From: a virus
Lineage: Duplodnaviria > Heunggongvirae > Uroviricota > Caudoviricetes
Direction: 5' to 3' (one strand)
IMG/VR virus record: IMGVR_UViG_2872198387_000006
DNA length: 54,166 nt
Every line of letters starts with the position of its first letter. Within the stretch, counting starts at the first letter, position 1. Both the position numbers and the translations under genes were made by a program. Below the pieces are notes generated by a model. It worked only from the letters and a program-made list of their open reading frames with translations. It was not told where the DNA came from and made no database searches. Below are positions 22,374-33,422 of this stretch, in pieces.

Positions 22374-24284
22374 TCACTCCTCCGGACAGCTTCGCTGCCA
22401 GTTCTTCAAGGGTCGGTTGTGCAGTTGCATCCTTGCGGGATGCCGCCAGCACAGCCAGATCAAGTTGCCAGCGTTGCACGGACACACGTAATGCCGCATA
22501 GGCATACACCAGGCAGTCCAGCGCTTCGTTACGCCGCTTTTTGTTATCCCACAACAGACGCATCTTTCCTTTTTCCCACTTTTCCACCAGTTCCTCCGCC
22601 ACCAGTTGTTGTGCCTCTGTCTGCGAAAAAATCTCCGGATTATCAGGAAAGCGGATGGCATACGATGTGGCCTCATTCACAGGGGTGGGATCGGCCTTCA
22701 TTCGGGCATAGAGAATTTCTTTTGCGGTATCCGTCCCCACCTCACACAGATACACACCCCGCTGATTGCGGGTTTTCGGCATGGTGATCACCGGCTTGCC
22801 ATAGACAGAGGCACCTTTTACCGGCAGTACCCGGAAAACACCGTGTTTTTTTGACCTCTGATACACGATTTCGCCATCGATCCCCCGATATCCCAGCAGA
22901 CACGGGAAATGGTCATTTCGGTACCGTCTGCATGGCGGTATTTTTTATTGATCGCCGCATCCACACGTAACAGCGTCTCTTCCTCATCAGGACGTCCCAT
23001 GATGATGATTTTATCCACCAGAAAGGCTTCCTCTCCCGGAGCCCACCCCCAGACATACATCTCAAAACGGTTTCGCTGCGAGTCAATGCCCGCCGTCAGA
23101 TAAACCACCCGGACAGGCACCGTTGCCGTGTAAGGCACAACCTTATCCATCAGTACCTGGTGATCGAGTTTTTCGCCCACGGCCTCTTCCCAGGTCTCGC
23201 CCAGCGTGGTGTTCACAAAAGTTTTCACGCCGTTGGGATCTTTCAGTGCATCCAGCCAGTCACAGACTATCTGTACCCAGGTGGTGAACGGACTGTACGC
23301 CGTCCATATATGGAAAGTGATGGAGCGCGGCGGCGGAATTTCATTACCCGAAGCACTGAAAAACGTCAGACCGTCACGCGTCCACATCCCGGTATTGTCA
23401 CAAATCCAGCGCCCCCCGGTCTGATCAAGTTCAGACTGACGGATCACGCAGCCATTATGTTCACACAGGTAATACACCGTTTCCGGTTTACCCTTCTCCC
23501 ATTTCAGGCCAAACGACGTCGCATCATCGCCAAACTTCAGATACTGCTCCTCCCCGCAATGAGGGCAAGGGACATAAAACCGCATGAAATGCGCAGATTC
23601 ATTCGCAGCTTTTTCAATCTGACAGGAGCCTTTAATTTTTGGCGTTGAACCGCGTATGGATTTTGGCCATACCGAACCTTCAATACGTTTATCGCCAAGC
23701 AGTGTTGGCGAACCTTCTTTTTCCACATCCGGTTCAAACGAGGAGAGTTCGTCATAGCAGACCACATCGACAGATTTTTCACGGTAGTTTTTGGCAGCAG
23801 CACCACCCAAACACCAGAACCCCACACCAGAGGAAAAACGCTTCAGTGTGAGCGTATTATCCCGGTGTTTCCGGCCCAGCCAGGGAGAAAGTTTTTTCAG
23901 GCAAGGAACATCACGAATTGTTGCTTCCACGTGAGACTTCATAAAATCTTCAGCAGCTGAGTCCGTCGGCTGAAAAAGAAGAGTGTTGCGGGATTTGTGC
24001 TCAATAAAATACCCGATCACACCAAGCACCATTTTTGTATAACCAACACGGGCAGATTTAATCAGGTTAACTGTACGAATCTCGTCATTGCCCATGCAGT
24101 TCATGATGGCGACCTGAAACGGCAGCGTTTTCCATTCCCCCTCACCGTATGACGATTCTTTAGGCAGGTAATAATTTTGATCGGCCCATTCTACAGCCGT
24201 CACCGGCAATACCCTGACCAGTGGCTGCAGTGCGATAGTGACTGCCACCATCATATTACTCAGTTGTTGTTCTGATATATTCAT
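22357..24284 (-). pseudogene. A: Terminase large subunit A, frameshifted near 22820-22870
   Basis: N-terminal ORF (start MNISEQQL at 24284) and C-terminal 169-aa ORF (22357-22866) align to remembered lambda A on either side of ...ISRVCWDIGG / ...YQRSKKHGVFRV. Confidence 0.8.
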
Positions 24285-24562
24285 CGAGTAAATCCGGTAA
24301 TTTATCCCCCGCACGCGCGCACTGATTCGCTCCCTTAGCAATAAGGATTTTCAGATGATCAATATGACGCGGCGTTAAATCCGGGAACTGTCGTTGCATG
24401 GACAAAGGAATGGAGTCAAGCGTACTGGATAAAGCCATCGCCAGCTTACTAAGGGCAAAAATACAAAATCCGGTATCGATAAGATTTCCTTTTGACACCT
24501 GATTTTTTAACTGCTGTGCGACAGCCTGTTCTGCGGTCAGTTCCCATCTGGCAATGAGTAGT
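24256..24562 (-). pseudogene. nu1: Terminase small subunit Nu1, C-terminal fragment; 5' end and cos region replaced by IS600
   Basis: Only the C-terminal ~100 residues match lambda Nu1; the ORF's first codons lie inside the IS600 terminus. Confidence 0.7.
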
Positions 24563-25647
24563 TTGAGGTGTACTGGCAATAGCGGACACTACCATTTGTT
24601 CTTTTTTTAAGCAGCCATCTGATGATATTTTTCCCTGAAGGCTGCCGGGGAGATATTCCCCAGACGAGAGTGACGACGCTGACGATTGTAGAAAATCTCA
24701 ATGTATTCCCGTATTACTGAGATGGCTTCATCCCGGTTATTAAAACGATAGTGGCTCAGGCTCTCATTTTTCAGCGTTCCCCAGAAGCTTTCCATCGGAG
24801 CGTTGTCGTAACAGTTACCTTTACGCGACATTGATGTTTTCAGACCAGACTGCTCCTGTATGACCCGGTAATCGTATGCGCAGTACTGTGAACCTCGATC
24901 AGAGTGGTGGATTAGCCCGGCAGGTGGGCGCTGGCTCCTGAGCGCCATAAACAGGGCTTTACCTGTCAGCTCTTTTGTCATGCGCTCTCCCATGGCGTAG
25001 CCGACAATTTCACACGTATAAACATCTTTGATGCCAGCGAGGTACAACCATCCCTCCTGTGTGGCAACATACGTCAGGTCCGCCACCCAGACCTGATTTG
25101 GTGCTGTAGGAGCGAACGTCTGGTTCAGCAGATTTGGCGCAACTGGCAGATTGTGGTTCGGGTTCGTAGTCGCTCTGAACTTGCGTTTCTGCTTACAGCG
25201 TAGCCTCAGCTCCTTACGAAGACGTGCCAGTCGGTCACGACCAACGATGATGCCATTCTCTGCCAGCTCCGTCTGGAGCCGCCGGGTTCCATATGTTTCG
25301 CGAGTGCGGATATGTGCCACCTTAATCTCCGGTTTTAGCCGCTCATCACTTTGTTTTCTGTCTGAGGGTTCATGCTGTACCCAGTTGTAATAACCGCTCC
25401 TGGATACACCAAATACCTGACACATCGCTTCAATGGGAAATTGTTGTCGCCATTGTTCGATTAACGCGTATTTTTCAGCGACTCCTGTGCAAAATACGCT
25501 GTTGCTTTTTTTAATATATCTCGCTCAAGGCGAGCTTCATTTAACGCCTTACGCAGTTGCAGAATTTCAGATTCCAGTTCAGCCACCGTGCGGGAACCAG
25601 GAGTACCGAGCCCTTTTCTGGCGGCGGTAACCCATTGTCCTAAAGTG
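24563..25647 (-). mobile_element. IS600 (IS3 family), partial copy 1, truncated within orfA by IS629
   Basis: Terminus TGAGGTGTACTGGCAATAGCGGACACTACC at 24563; orfB intact; orfA end missing. Confidence 0.8.
24607..25425 (-). CDS. IS600 OrfB transposase (DDE integrase domain)
   Basis: 272 aa, near-identical to the other two copies in the window. Confidence 0.85.
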   Translation of the reverse strand: MCQVFGVSRSGYYNWVQHEPSDRKQSDERLKPEIKVAHIRTRETYGTRRLQTELAENGIIVGRDRLARLRKELRLRCKQKRKFRATTNPNHNLPVAPNLLNQTFAPTAPNQVWVADLTYVATQEGWLYLAGIKDVYTCEIVGYAMGERMTKELTGKALFMALRSQRPPAGLIHHSDRGSQYCAYDYRVIQEQSGLKTSMSRKGNCYDNAPMESFWGTLKNESLSHYRFNNRDEAISVIREYIEIFYNRQRRHSRLGNISPAAFREKYHQMAA

Positions 25648-25701
25648 TGAACCGCCCCGGGAATCCTGGAGACTAAACTTCCTGAGAAAGAGGTAAACAG
25701 G

Positions 25702-26024
25702 ATGACTAAAAATACTCGTTTTTCCCCCGAAGTCCGTCAACGGGCAGTCCGTATGGTTCTGGAAAGTCAGGGCGAATATGACTCACAATGGGCGACAATT
25801 TGTTCCATTGCTCCAAAGATTGGCTGTACGCCGGAGACTCTGCGTGTCTGGGGTCGCCAGCATGAGCGGGATACCGGGGGCGGTGATGGAGGGCTCACCA
25901 CCGCTGAACGTCAGCGTCTGAAAGAGCCGGAGCGTGAAAATCGTGAACTGCGCCGCAGTAACGATATCCTTCGCCAGGCTTCCGCTTATTTTGCGAAGGC
26001 GGAGTTCGACCGCCTCTGGAAAAA

Positions 26025-26028
<4 letters not shown>
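25702..26028 (+). CDS. IS629 OrfA
   Basis: 108 aa, [26 protein letters not shown]... Confidence 0.85.
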
Positions 26029-26911
<883 letters not shown>

Positions 26912-26953
26912 GTTCACAGATAAAACACTCTCCAGGAAACCCGGGGCGGTTCA

Positions 26954-28012
26954 GTGCCTTCAGGACAATGGGTTACCGCCGCCAGAAAAGGGCTCGGTAC
27001 TCCTGGTTCCCGCACGGTGGCTGAACTGGAATCTGAAATTCTGCAACTGCGTAAGGCGTTAAATGAAGCTCGCCTTGAGCGCGATATATTAAAAAAATCA
27101 ACAGCGTATTTTGCACAGGAGTCGCTGAAAAATACGCGTTAATCGAACAATGGCGACAACAATTTCCCATTGAAGCGATGTGTCAGGTATTTGGTGTATC
27201 CAGGAGCGGTTATTACAACTGGGTACAGCATGAACCCTCAGACAGAAAACAAAGTGATGAGCGGCTAAAACTGGAGATTAAGGTGGCACATATCCGCACT
27301 CGCGAAACATATGGAACCCGGCGGCTCCAGACGGAGCTGGCAGAGAATGGCATCATCGTTGGTCGTGACCGACTGGCACGTCTTCGTAAGGAGCTGAGGC
27401 TACGCTGTAAGCAGAAACGCAAGTTCAGAGCGACTACGAACCCGAACCACAATCTGCCAGTTGCGCCAAATCTGCTGAACCAGACGTTCGCTCCTACAGC
27501 ACCAAATCAGGTCTGGGTGGCGGACCTGACGTATGTTGCTGGCATCAAAGATGTTTATACGTGCGAAATTGTCGGCTACGCCATGGGAGAGCGCATGACA
27601 AAAGAGCTGACAGGTAAAGCCCTGTTTATGGCGCTCAGGAGCCAGCGCCCACCTGCCGGGCTAATCCACCACTCTGATCGAGGTTCACAGTACTGCGCAT
27701 ACGATTACCGGGTCATACAGGAGCAGTCTGGTCTGAAAACATCAATGTCGCGTAAAGGTAACTGTTACGACAACGCTCCGATGGAAAGCTTCTGGGGAAC
27801 GCTGAAAAATGAGAGCCTGAGCCACTATCGTTTTAATAACCGGGATGAAGCCATCTCAGTAATACGGGAATACATTGAGATTTTCTACAATCGTCAGCGT
27901 CGTCACTCTCGTCTGGGGAATATCTCCCCGGCAGCCTTCAGGGAAAAATATCATCAGATGGCTGCTTAAAAAAAGAACAAATGGTAGTGTCCGCTATTGC
28001 CAGTACACCTCA
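26954..28012 (+). mobile_element. IS600, partial copy 2, inverted relative to copy 1; orfA 5' part absent
   Basis: Begins inside orfA, ends with the IS600 terminus ...GCCAGTACACCTCA at 28012; orfB has a 27-bp in-frame deletion (lacks TQEGWLYLA). Confidence 0.8.
27178..27969 (+). CDS. IS600 OrfB transposase (variant with 9-aa deletion)
   Basis: 263 aa versus 272 aa in copies 1 and 3. Confidence 0.8.
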   Translation: MCQVFGVSRSGYYNWVQHEPSDRKQSDERLKLEIKVAHIRTRETYGTRRLQTELAENGIIVGRDRLARLRKELRLRCKQKRKFRATTNPNHNLPVAPNLLNQTFAPTAPNQVWVADLTYVAGIKDVYTCEIVGYAMGERMTKELTGKALFMALRSQRPPAGLIHHSDRGSQYCAYDYRVIQEQSGLKTSMSRKGNCYDNAPMESFWGTLKNESLSHYRFNNRDEAISVIREYIEIFYNRQRRHSRLGNISPAAFREKYHQMAA

Positions 28013-28192
28013 GACCCTGGGTACTTTCTTCATGAAACTGCGGTGTTCGAGTTTGCGATATTTCTTACAGGGGAACGCAAGCCCCTCCGCCTCCGCTTTG
28101 GATTTCCGATCAGCATTAATGTAATCCACCATCTCAAGACTGCTCATGGTCGGGTATTCGCCAGAAGGAAGAACGGTTAATGATTTGTTCAT
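28010..28192 (-). CDS. Hypothetical phage protein, possibly the N-terminal fragment of a Rha/antirepressor-like regulator cut by IS600
   Basis: 60 aa; the stop codon is supplied by the IS600 terminus; ...TMSSLEMVDYIN... loosely resembles Rha N-termini. Confidence 0.35.
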   Translation of the reverse strand: MNKSLTVLPSGEYPTMSSLEMVDYINADRKSKAEAEGLAFPCKKYRKLEHRSFMKKVPRV

Positions 28193-28394
28193 GTCGGTAT
28201 TTCCTTTAGAAAGTTGAGCCTGTTCGCACAGAAAAGCCGTCCCCGAGAGGTCCTCACCTATACGGCAGTTCTCAGGCTCAGCTTTCTGAAAGACTCGGGA
28301 TTGTTACGCGCTGCGATGCGCGGTTTACTGCGGACATATAAAAGCCCCGCAAGTGCGAGGCTCATTAAATGGACTTTGTGATTTGCAAAAAAAT

Positions 28395-28862
28395 TTATTT
28401 CAGGCACTGAGTCCTGATGTACTCCTGAAGCATTCTCAATGCTGTCTGGTCGCTGATGATTCCGTCCCGGATACCGAGAACGTTTCGTCCAGCAACTGGA
28501 GAGAGTTCGACGGTGGCATCATTGCCCATGCCGGAGGCGCTGGAGGTTTCGGCTGAGGATGGCACAGGGCATTTTCCTTTGACGAGCACCCGACCACCAT
28601 TATCAAGCTTGCGCCGAAGAGCATCATTTTCAGCTTTCGCATCAGCTAACTCCTTCGTGTATTTAGCATCGAGTGCATCAGCATCACGCTGGCGCTGCTG
28701 CATGTCAGTAATGGTTGCGTTCGCCAGCTTCAGTTCTCCGGCGTTTTTGTCGCGCTGCTCTTTGTAGGTAATGGCGTTATCACGGTAATGATTAACAGCC
28801 CATGACAGGCAGACGATGATGCAGATAACCAGAGCGGAGATAATCGCGGTGACTCTGCTCAT
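28395..28862 (-). CDS. Rz: Spanin inner-membrane subunit Rz
   Basis: Start taken at [18 protein letters not shown] (N-terminal transmembrane segment), coiled-coil body, directly downstream of the endolysin. Confidence 0.8.
   Translation of the reverse strand: MSRVTAIISALVICIIVCLSWAVNHYRDNAITYKEQRDKNAGELKLANATITDMQQRQRDADALDAKYTKELADAKAENDALRRKLDNGGRVLVKGKCPVPSSAETSSASGMGNDATVELSPVAGRNVLGIRDGIISDQTALRMLQEYIRTQCLK
28436..28642 (-). CDS. Rz1: Spanin outer-membrane lipoprotein Rz1, embedded in the +1 frame of Rz
   Basis: 68 aa with lipobox-like LIMVVGC and proline-rich body, entirely inside Rz. Confidence 0.65.
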   Translation of the reverse strand: MRKLKMMLFGASLIMVVGCSSKENALCHPQPKPPAPPAWAMMPPSNSLQLLDETFSVSGTESSATRQH

Positions 28863-29392
28863 TGATCTATCCCCCAACAGGCTAATGCGCTTTCCTGGTC
28901 ACGACGAATAACCTGTCCATAGCAGTTATTTGAACGTATGCGGCAATCGCGCCCAACATCTTTTATCCACCAGCGAATCGCCTCGCATGCGCCCTTACGA
29001 TCACCGGCATTCAGCCGCTTATAAAACGTCGACGGGAAACACTTACCGGGGCCAATGTTATAGGGGCAAAATGACGCTATACCCGCTTTCTGGGGTTCGG
29101 TCAGAGGTACTTTAATATTGCGCTCCACCCATGCCAGCGCCTTATCACGTTCAATAGCGTTAACCTGGTCACATTTTTCCTTCGACAGCTTCATTCCCGG
29201 TATGACAGGCTTACCATCCACCATTGTGGCACCACGACAGATGGTCCATATGCCAGAACCATCACGGTATGCCGTTGTGTGATTACCCTCTTTTTCGTTC
29301 AGAAACTGGTCAAGTATCTGGGGAGCAGACGCGCCTGCGGCAATCAGCGCCAGAACAGCAGCCGACAGGCCGTATTTGATTTTTGCGCTCAT
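28859..29392 (-). CDS. R: SAR endolysin (phage-21 R-type lysozyme with N-terminal signal-anchor-release segment)
   Basis: 177 aa; hydrophobic Gly/Ala-rich N-terminus (…[16 protein letters not shown]…) and lysozyme core. Confidence 0.8.
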   Translation of the reverse strand: MSAKIKYGLSAAVLALIAAGASAPQILDQFLNEKEGNHTTAYRDGSGIWTICRGATMVDGKPVIPGMKLSKEKCDQVNAIERDKALAWVERNIKVPLTEPQKAGIASFCPYNIGPGKCFPSTFYKRLNAGDRKGACEAIRWWIKDVGRDCRIRSNNCYGQVIRRDQESALACWGIDQ

Positions 29393-29457
29393 GGATATTT
29401 ATCAGGATTTATCGGCAACAAATAACGAGCCAACTTATATACGCCTTTTAAGATAAG

Positions 29458-30087
29458 TCAGCCCCGGCTGGATCCAGTCATCAGGCTCTTTCTTAAAGGG
29501 GGAGTATTGAAATCACGAAGAAGAGCCTCCCGCACCGCAGCATCCATGTCTGCACCACTGGCAAGTGCTTCAATCTCTGCCGCCACCTGCAAATACCCCA
29601 TGCAACGGCCAATGCGTTTCATAACTCTGGTGTTTTCGTCTTTCAGGCATCTGATAGCGAGATTAATAATTTTCAGGCAGTGATGATGCGATGCCCGGAC
29701 AGGTTTTCCGTTCTCATAAACGACGAACTCACCCTCTTCACAGGAAACCCTGAAAGGCCGATGGGGTTCCTGGTCTTTATCCGGTGCAGACGCAATAAAA
29801 TCACTTTTATGCTCTTCCTCTCCGGCACCGTTAACCGTAATGACGTACTCAGGCCGCAGGTAAGCCGCCTCTTTTTCTGACAATGCGGCCGGTAAAAACT
29901 TTTCCTGCAAAAACTTCATAAAAGTCTCGTGAGCGACTTTGTGGCAGTAATCGTAAATCGCCGCATAATGCTCATCGCGGCGTTTGTTTTCATCTTCAGA
30001 ACTCACCAACGCCGACAATTTTTTATTAAGCTCAGTGATTTCATTTTCCAGGTGATTGAATCGCTGATTCATTTCTTCATGCTTCAT
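29458..30087 (-). CDS. Hypothetical 209-aa cargo protein inserted between holin and endolysin
   Basis: Start overlaps the holin stop (ATGA, translational coupling); predicted coiled-coil N-terminus, Cys/His-rich segment (SHHHCLKIINLAIRCL), no transmembrane segment; not recognised. Confidence 0.6.
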   Translation of the reverse strand: MKHEEMNQRFNHLENEITELNKKLSALVSSEDENKRRDEHYAAIYDYCHKVAHETFMKFLQEKFLPAALSEKEAAYLRPEYVITVNGAGEEEHKSDFIASAPDKDQEPHRPFRVSCEEGEFVVYENGKPVRASHHHCLKIINLAIRCLKDENTRVMKRIGRCMGYLQVAAEIEALASGADMDAAVREALLRDFNTPPLRKSLMTGSSRG

Positions 30088-30090
30088 TAT

Positions 30091-30306
30091 TTACTCTCCC
30101 CGTGCAGCCTTACGCTTGTCTTCTCTTATTTTGAAATACAGATTCGTCAGATAAGTCAGAAGCCCCAGAAGCAGACTTCCCAGCACACCAATCGCAGCCC
30201 ACTGTGATGGCCTGACCTGATCCAACCACTGCAAAAACCAGTAGCCGGCACTGCCGGCGGAGGTGCCGTAGGCAATGCCCGTTGAAATTTTGTCCATGGA
30301 TTTCAT
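30091..30306 (-). CDS. S: S21-type pinholin with dual start (MKSMDKIS...)
   Basis: 71 aa, essentially matching the remembered phage 21 S protein with two transmembrane segments. Confidence 0.85.
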   Translation of the reverse strand: MKSMDKISTGIAYGTSAGSAGYWFLQWLDQVRPSQWAAIGVLGSLLLGLLTYLTNLYFKIREDKRKAARGE

Positions 30307-30598
30307 AGCCTCACCTCCGCAAATAACGGATGGCGTAGTTTTACACTGAGAAATGAAAGGGATTTGAAAAGAAAAAAACGCAAAAGCGGGCGAAACGATA
30401 TATACAGTAAGGAAAGCACTCTATCCAACAAACCACCCACAGTTAATCGGAATAAAAGCAGAGTGCTTATGAATGATCGCACGCCCGAAGGTTAGTATTT
30501 CTGCACAGCAATTTTGCAAAAAAAGGCGATCATTCATAACTTAAACGTCTTTCAGTCACTCCGGGATTTCCCATCATCGCAGACTGAAAGACTCTGAC

Positions 30599-30673
<75 letters not shown>

Positions 30674-30676
30674 ATA

Positions 30677-30752
<76 letters not shown>

Positions 30753-30754
30753 GC

Positions 30755-30831
30755 TGGCCCACCACCGAGGACTCGAACCTCGCACCGTCAACTTAGAAGG
30801 TTGATGCTCTATCCGGATGAGCTAGTGGTGG
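30755..30831 (-). tRNA. tRNA-Arg (anticodon UCU)
   Basis: 77 nt with anticodon loop CTTCTAA and T-arm GGTTCGAGTCC; acceptor stem CCACCAC/GTGGTGG. Confidence 0.75.
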
Positions 30832-30832
30832 T

Positions 30833-30909
30833 TGGTGGCCCTTGCTGGACTTGAACCAGCGACCTGGCGATTATGAGTCGCTCGCTCTGACCAACTGAGC
30901 TAAAGGGCC
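30833..30909 (-). tRNA. tRNA with CAU anticodon, most likely tRNA-Ile2 (lysidine) by resemblance to E. coli ileX; tRNA-Met not excluded
   Basis: 77 nt GGCCCTTTAGCTCAG...ACTCATAATCG...GGGCCACCA. Confidence 0.7.
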
Positions 30910-31108
30910 GGAGGCAGAATAATAACCATATGTCATCACATCTGCAAACTCATCTGACCACCAGCGTGTTTAACGTCCTGTACCGTTTTTCAGGCATAAA
31001 AAACCCGCCCGGAGGCGGGTTTAAGCTGTGTGGCGAAGCAACCACTCTTAACAGAATATCCCGTTTTTTACGTACGTAAAATATTTTCTAGAAAGTCGCC
31101 CCTTACCA

Positions 31109-31525
31109 TCAGGGATGTTCAATATATTTGTCCATTTCTAACCGGACACCCAACATCATCAACATTCCTTCCACCACCCCCTCGGCTTTTTGTAGCTTCT
31201 TTCCTATATAACCATCTGAGCATCCATGCTTCCGCGCCAGCGTCATGAATGTCATCCCAAACACGTAGTAGTCAACCAGCAAGTCATGTAGATCGTTGTT
31301 GTTCCGGTTAAGGCGGGCCATACACCCACATATAACCATCGCGTCATCGTCACAGCATTGCGGGCGGGATTTTACTTTTGAAGGGATTAATCCCTTAAAA
31401 CCGGCAGCAATGGACGACCAGGTCACATCCTCATGATTATTAGCCACCCACGCGCCCCAGCGCTCAAGAACCTGCTGAATATCACGCATCACTGTCTTTA
31501 CCCCTGTCCCATCCACGATGAACAA
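31109..31525 (-). CDS. Q: Late-gene antiterminator Q
   Basis: 138 aa with a Cys-rich segment (…[20 protein letters not shown]…); sits upstream of the tRNAs and lysis genes. Confidence 0.7.
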   Translation of the reverse strand: MFIVDGTGVKTVMRDIQQVLERWGAWVANNHEDVTWSSIAAGFKGLIPSKVKSRPQCCDDDAMVICGCMARLNRNNNDLHDLLVDYYVFGMTFMTLARKHGCSDGYIGKKLQKAEGVVEGMLMMLGVRLEMDKYIEHP

Positions 31526-31685
31526 TCAGAACACCATCAACAATGGCGTGCCCTTTGCCCTCTTTATCTTCAGCATATTTTCTTACCGTGGCGCGATTAC
31601 AGTTCAGCATTCGTGAAACTTCGGTCATATTACCTCGTGTCTGGATAAGCAGTTCCGGTATCGTTTGAATTTTGACGCTCATCAA
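31482..31685 (-). CDS. ninH: NinH-like small DNA-binding protein
   Basis: …[34 protein letters not shown]… resembles lambda NinH; directly upstream of and overlapping Q. Confidence 0.7.
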   Translation of the reverse strand: MMSVKIQTIPELLIQTRGNMTEVSRMLNCNRATVRKYAEDKEGKGHAIVDGVLIVHRGWDRGKDSDA

Positions 31686-31776
31686 ATACTCTCCGGTTCG
31701 GTGATTTTTATCCCGGGCTTTCCACCAGGGACATAATGATCGCGCACAAGCCAGGGCAAAACAAACTCATGGCGCA

Positions 31777-32034
31777 TCAGCGCAGCGCCTCCTGCACCAG
31801 TTTTTCAAACTTTCCGACTCTGGTTTCCAGCTCTGCCACACAGTCCACCAGCTCATCTACTGCTTTCTGTGCGCGATGCTTCGCCTGCATCAGTTCCCGA
31901 AGCGCGGGTACCATATCTTTACGGATAGCATCTTTTGTTATGCCCGTTTTTTCGAGTTGTTCAGCATGACGCAGCATTTCCTGCGCGTGTTTACGCAATT
32001 GTTCAGGGGTAAAAGTCATTGTCTGGTTGTTCAA
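31777..32034 (-). CDS. Hypothetical phage protein (nin region)
   Basis: 85-aa ORF between the helicase and NinH; not recognised. Confidence 0.4.
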   Translation of the reverse strand: MNNQTMTFTPEQLRKHAQEMLRHAEQLEKTGITKDAIRKDMVPALRELMQAKHRAQKAVDELVDCVAELETRVGKFEKLVQEALR

Positions 32035-33422
32035 AAGAAACGCTCCATCTTACTGCTGTCAGTTCGTTTATTACTGTATCTGCGCGGATTGCCGGGCTTC
32101 ATGGGAGTGGAAAGCACCCGTGCACTTTCCTGGTCCACAGGCAGAAAATGTCCGTTATAAAAACGCCGGTAAATCGTTCCCAGAGAACCGTTACGTTGTT
32201 TCGTGATATTGATTTCTGCGATGCCCCTGGCCTGCGTATCCGGGTTGTACACTTCATCCCTGTAAAGCATCAGAATGATGTCTGCATCCGCCTCTATTTC
32301 TCCGGAATTTTTCAGGTCTGAGTTCATGGGACGTTTATTGGGTCTGGACTCCACACCGCGGGAGAGCTGGCTCAGCGCAATCAACGGAAAACCACCGGAT
32401 TTTGCCAGGCCTTTAAGCCCCTTTGAGATTTCACCCACGGCAAGGTCATGACGCCCCGTGGTTCGGGTTTTTATCAGCCCGAGATAATCAACCACCACCA
32501 GCGCCGTTTCCGGATATTTAATCAGGTGGTGTTTCGTTGTTGCGCATATCTCATCAATGGCCAGGTTCGCCTGGTCCACCATCCAGATATTGCGCCCGGT
32601 CATCCGCCCCACCCCTTGTGAGAAACGCGTCCAGTCTTCATCTTCAAAGTGAGCCACAGATTTCAGGCGTGATACTGGCATCCCTCCAGCCGCAGACACC
32701 ATACGTTCACCAATCTGGATGTTCGCCATCTCCATGGTGAACAGAAGCACACCATGCCCCTGCTCAGTCACCTTGTCGATGATGTCCAGCGCAAGTTCGG
32801 TTTTCCCCATCGAAGGACGGGCGGCAATGAATACCAGGTCTCCGGGCTCCATACCGCCTGTTTTTGCGTCCAGTTCATCAATACCGGTCATCAACGTCCT
32901 GGATTTCTCCAGCCCCTGATTCCGGCATTCAACACGCTCAACCACTTCCGGAAGCACATCATCAATATGTACCGGCTGAATGACGCCCTTTCCTGTCGAC
33001 AGTGTGACCATCATGTTCTGCGCATCCTTCAGGGCATCTTCAGCTGCTTCACAGGTATGCGCATCACGTAATTTCTGCAGCGCCTCATTCAGTGTTTTTT
33101 CTGCATCGCGCAGTGCGGCATTGCGCCGCAACGCTGCAACATAGTGCTCCAGTGAAGACTTCACCCAGGTTTTACGCCCGGTATCAGTAATCACCGGGGC
33201 AAGTTCCGGCATCTCATTACACAACAGCACGGGGTCAATCACTCCTGAAACACGGGCCTGTCTGCAGATGCCTGTATAGATATCCTGATACGCTCGTACA
33301 GAAAAAACGTCCGCTGGCAGTGTGGCCAGAATATCCATCACTTCAGGATCTGCTCCGCGCAGAAAGAACGCGCCGATGACAGCGCCTTCAAGGTCATCGT
33401 TACGCCATACTGGAGTTGTCAT
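32031..33422 (-). CDS. DnaB-like replicative DNA helicase
   Basis: 463 aa with Walker A (ARPSMGKTELAL) and DnaB C-terminal helicase motifs. Confidence 0.8.
   Translation of the reverse strand: MTTPVWRNDDLEGAVIGAFFLRGADPEVMDILATLPADVFSVRAYQDIYTGICRQARVSGVIDPVLLCNEMPELAPVITDTGRKTWVKSSLEHYVAALRRNAALRDAEKTLNEALQKLRDAHTCEAAEDALKDAQNMMVTLSTGKGVIQPVHIDDVLPEVVERVECRNQGLEKSRTLMTGIDELDAKTGGMEPGDLVFIAARPSMGKTELALDIIDKVTEQGHGVLLFTMEMANIQIGERMVSAAGGMPVSRLKSVAHFEDEDWTRFSQGVGRMTGRNIWMVDQANLAIDEICATTKHHLIKYPETALVVVDYLGLIKTRTTGRHDLAVGEISKGLKGLAKSGGFPLIALSQLSRGVESRPNKRPMNSDLKNSGEIEADADIILMLYRDEVYNPDTQARGIAEINITKQRNGSLGTIYRRFYNGHFLPVDQESARVLSTPMKPGNPRRYSNKRTDSSKMERFF

Noticed and set aside
25433-25630. 65-aa ORF, repeated at 26973-27170 and 47995-48192
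   Set aside because: Antisense within IS600 orfA in each copy; recurs only because the IS is repeated
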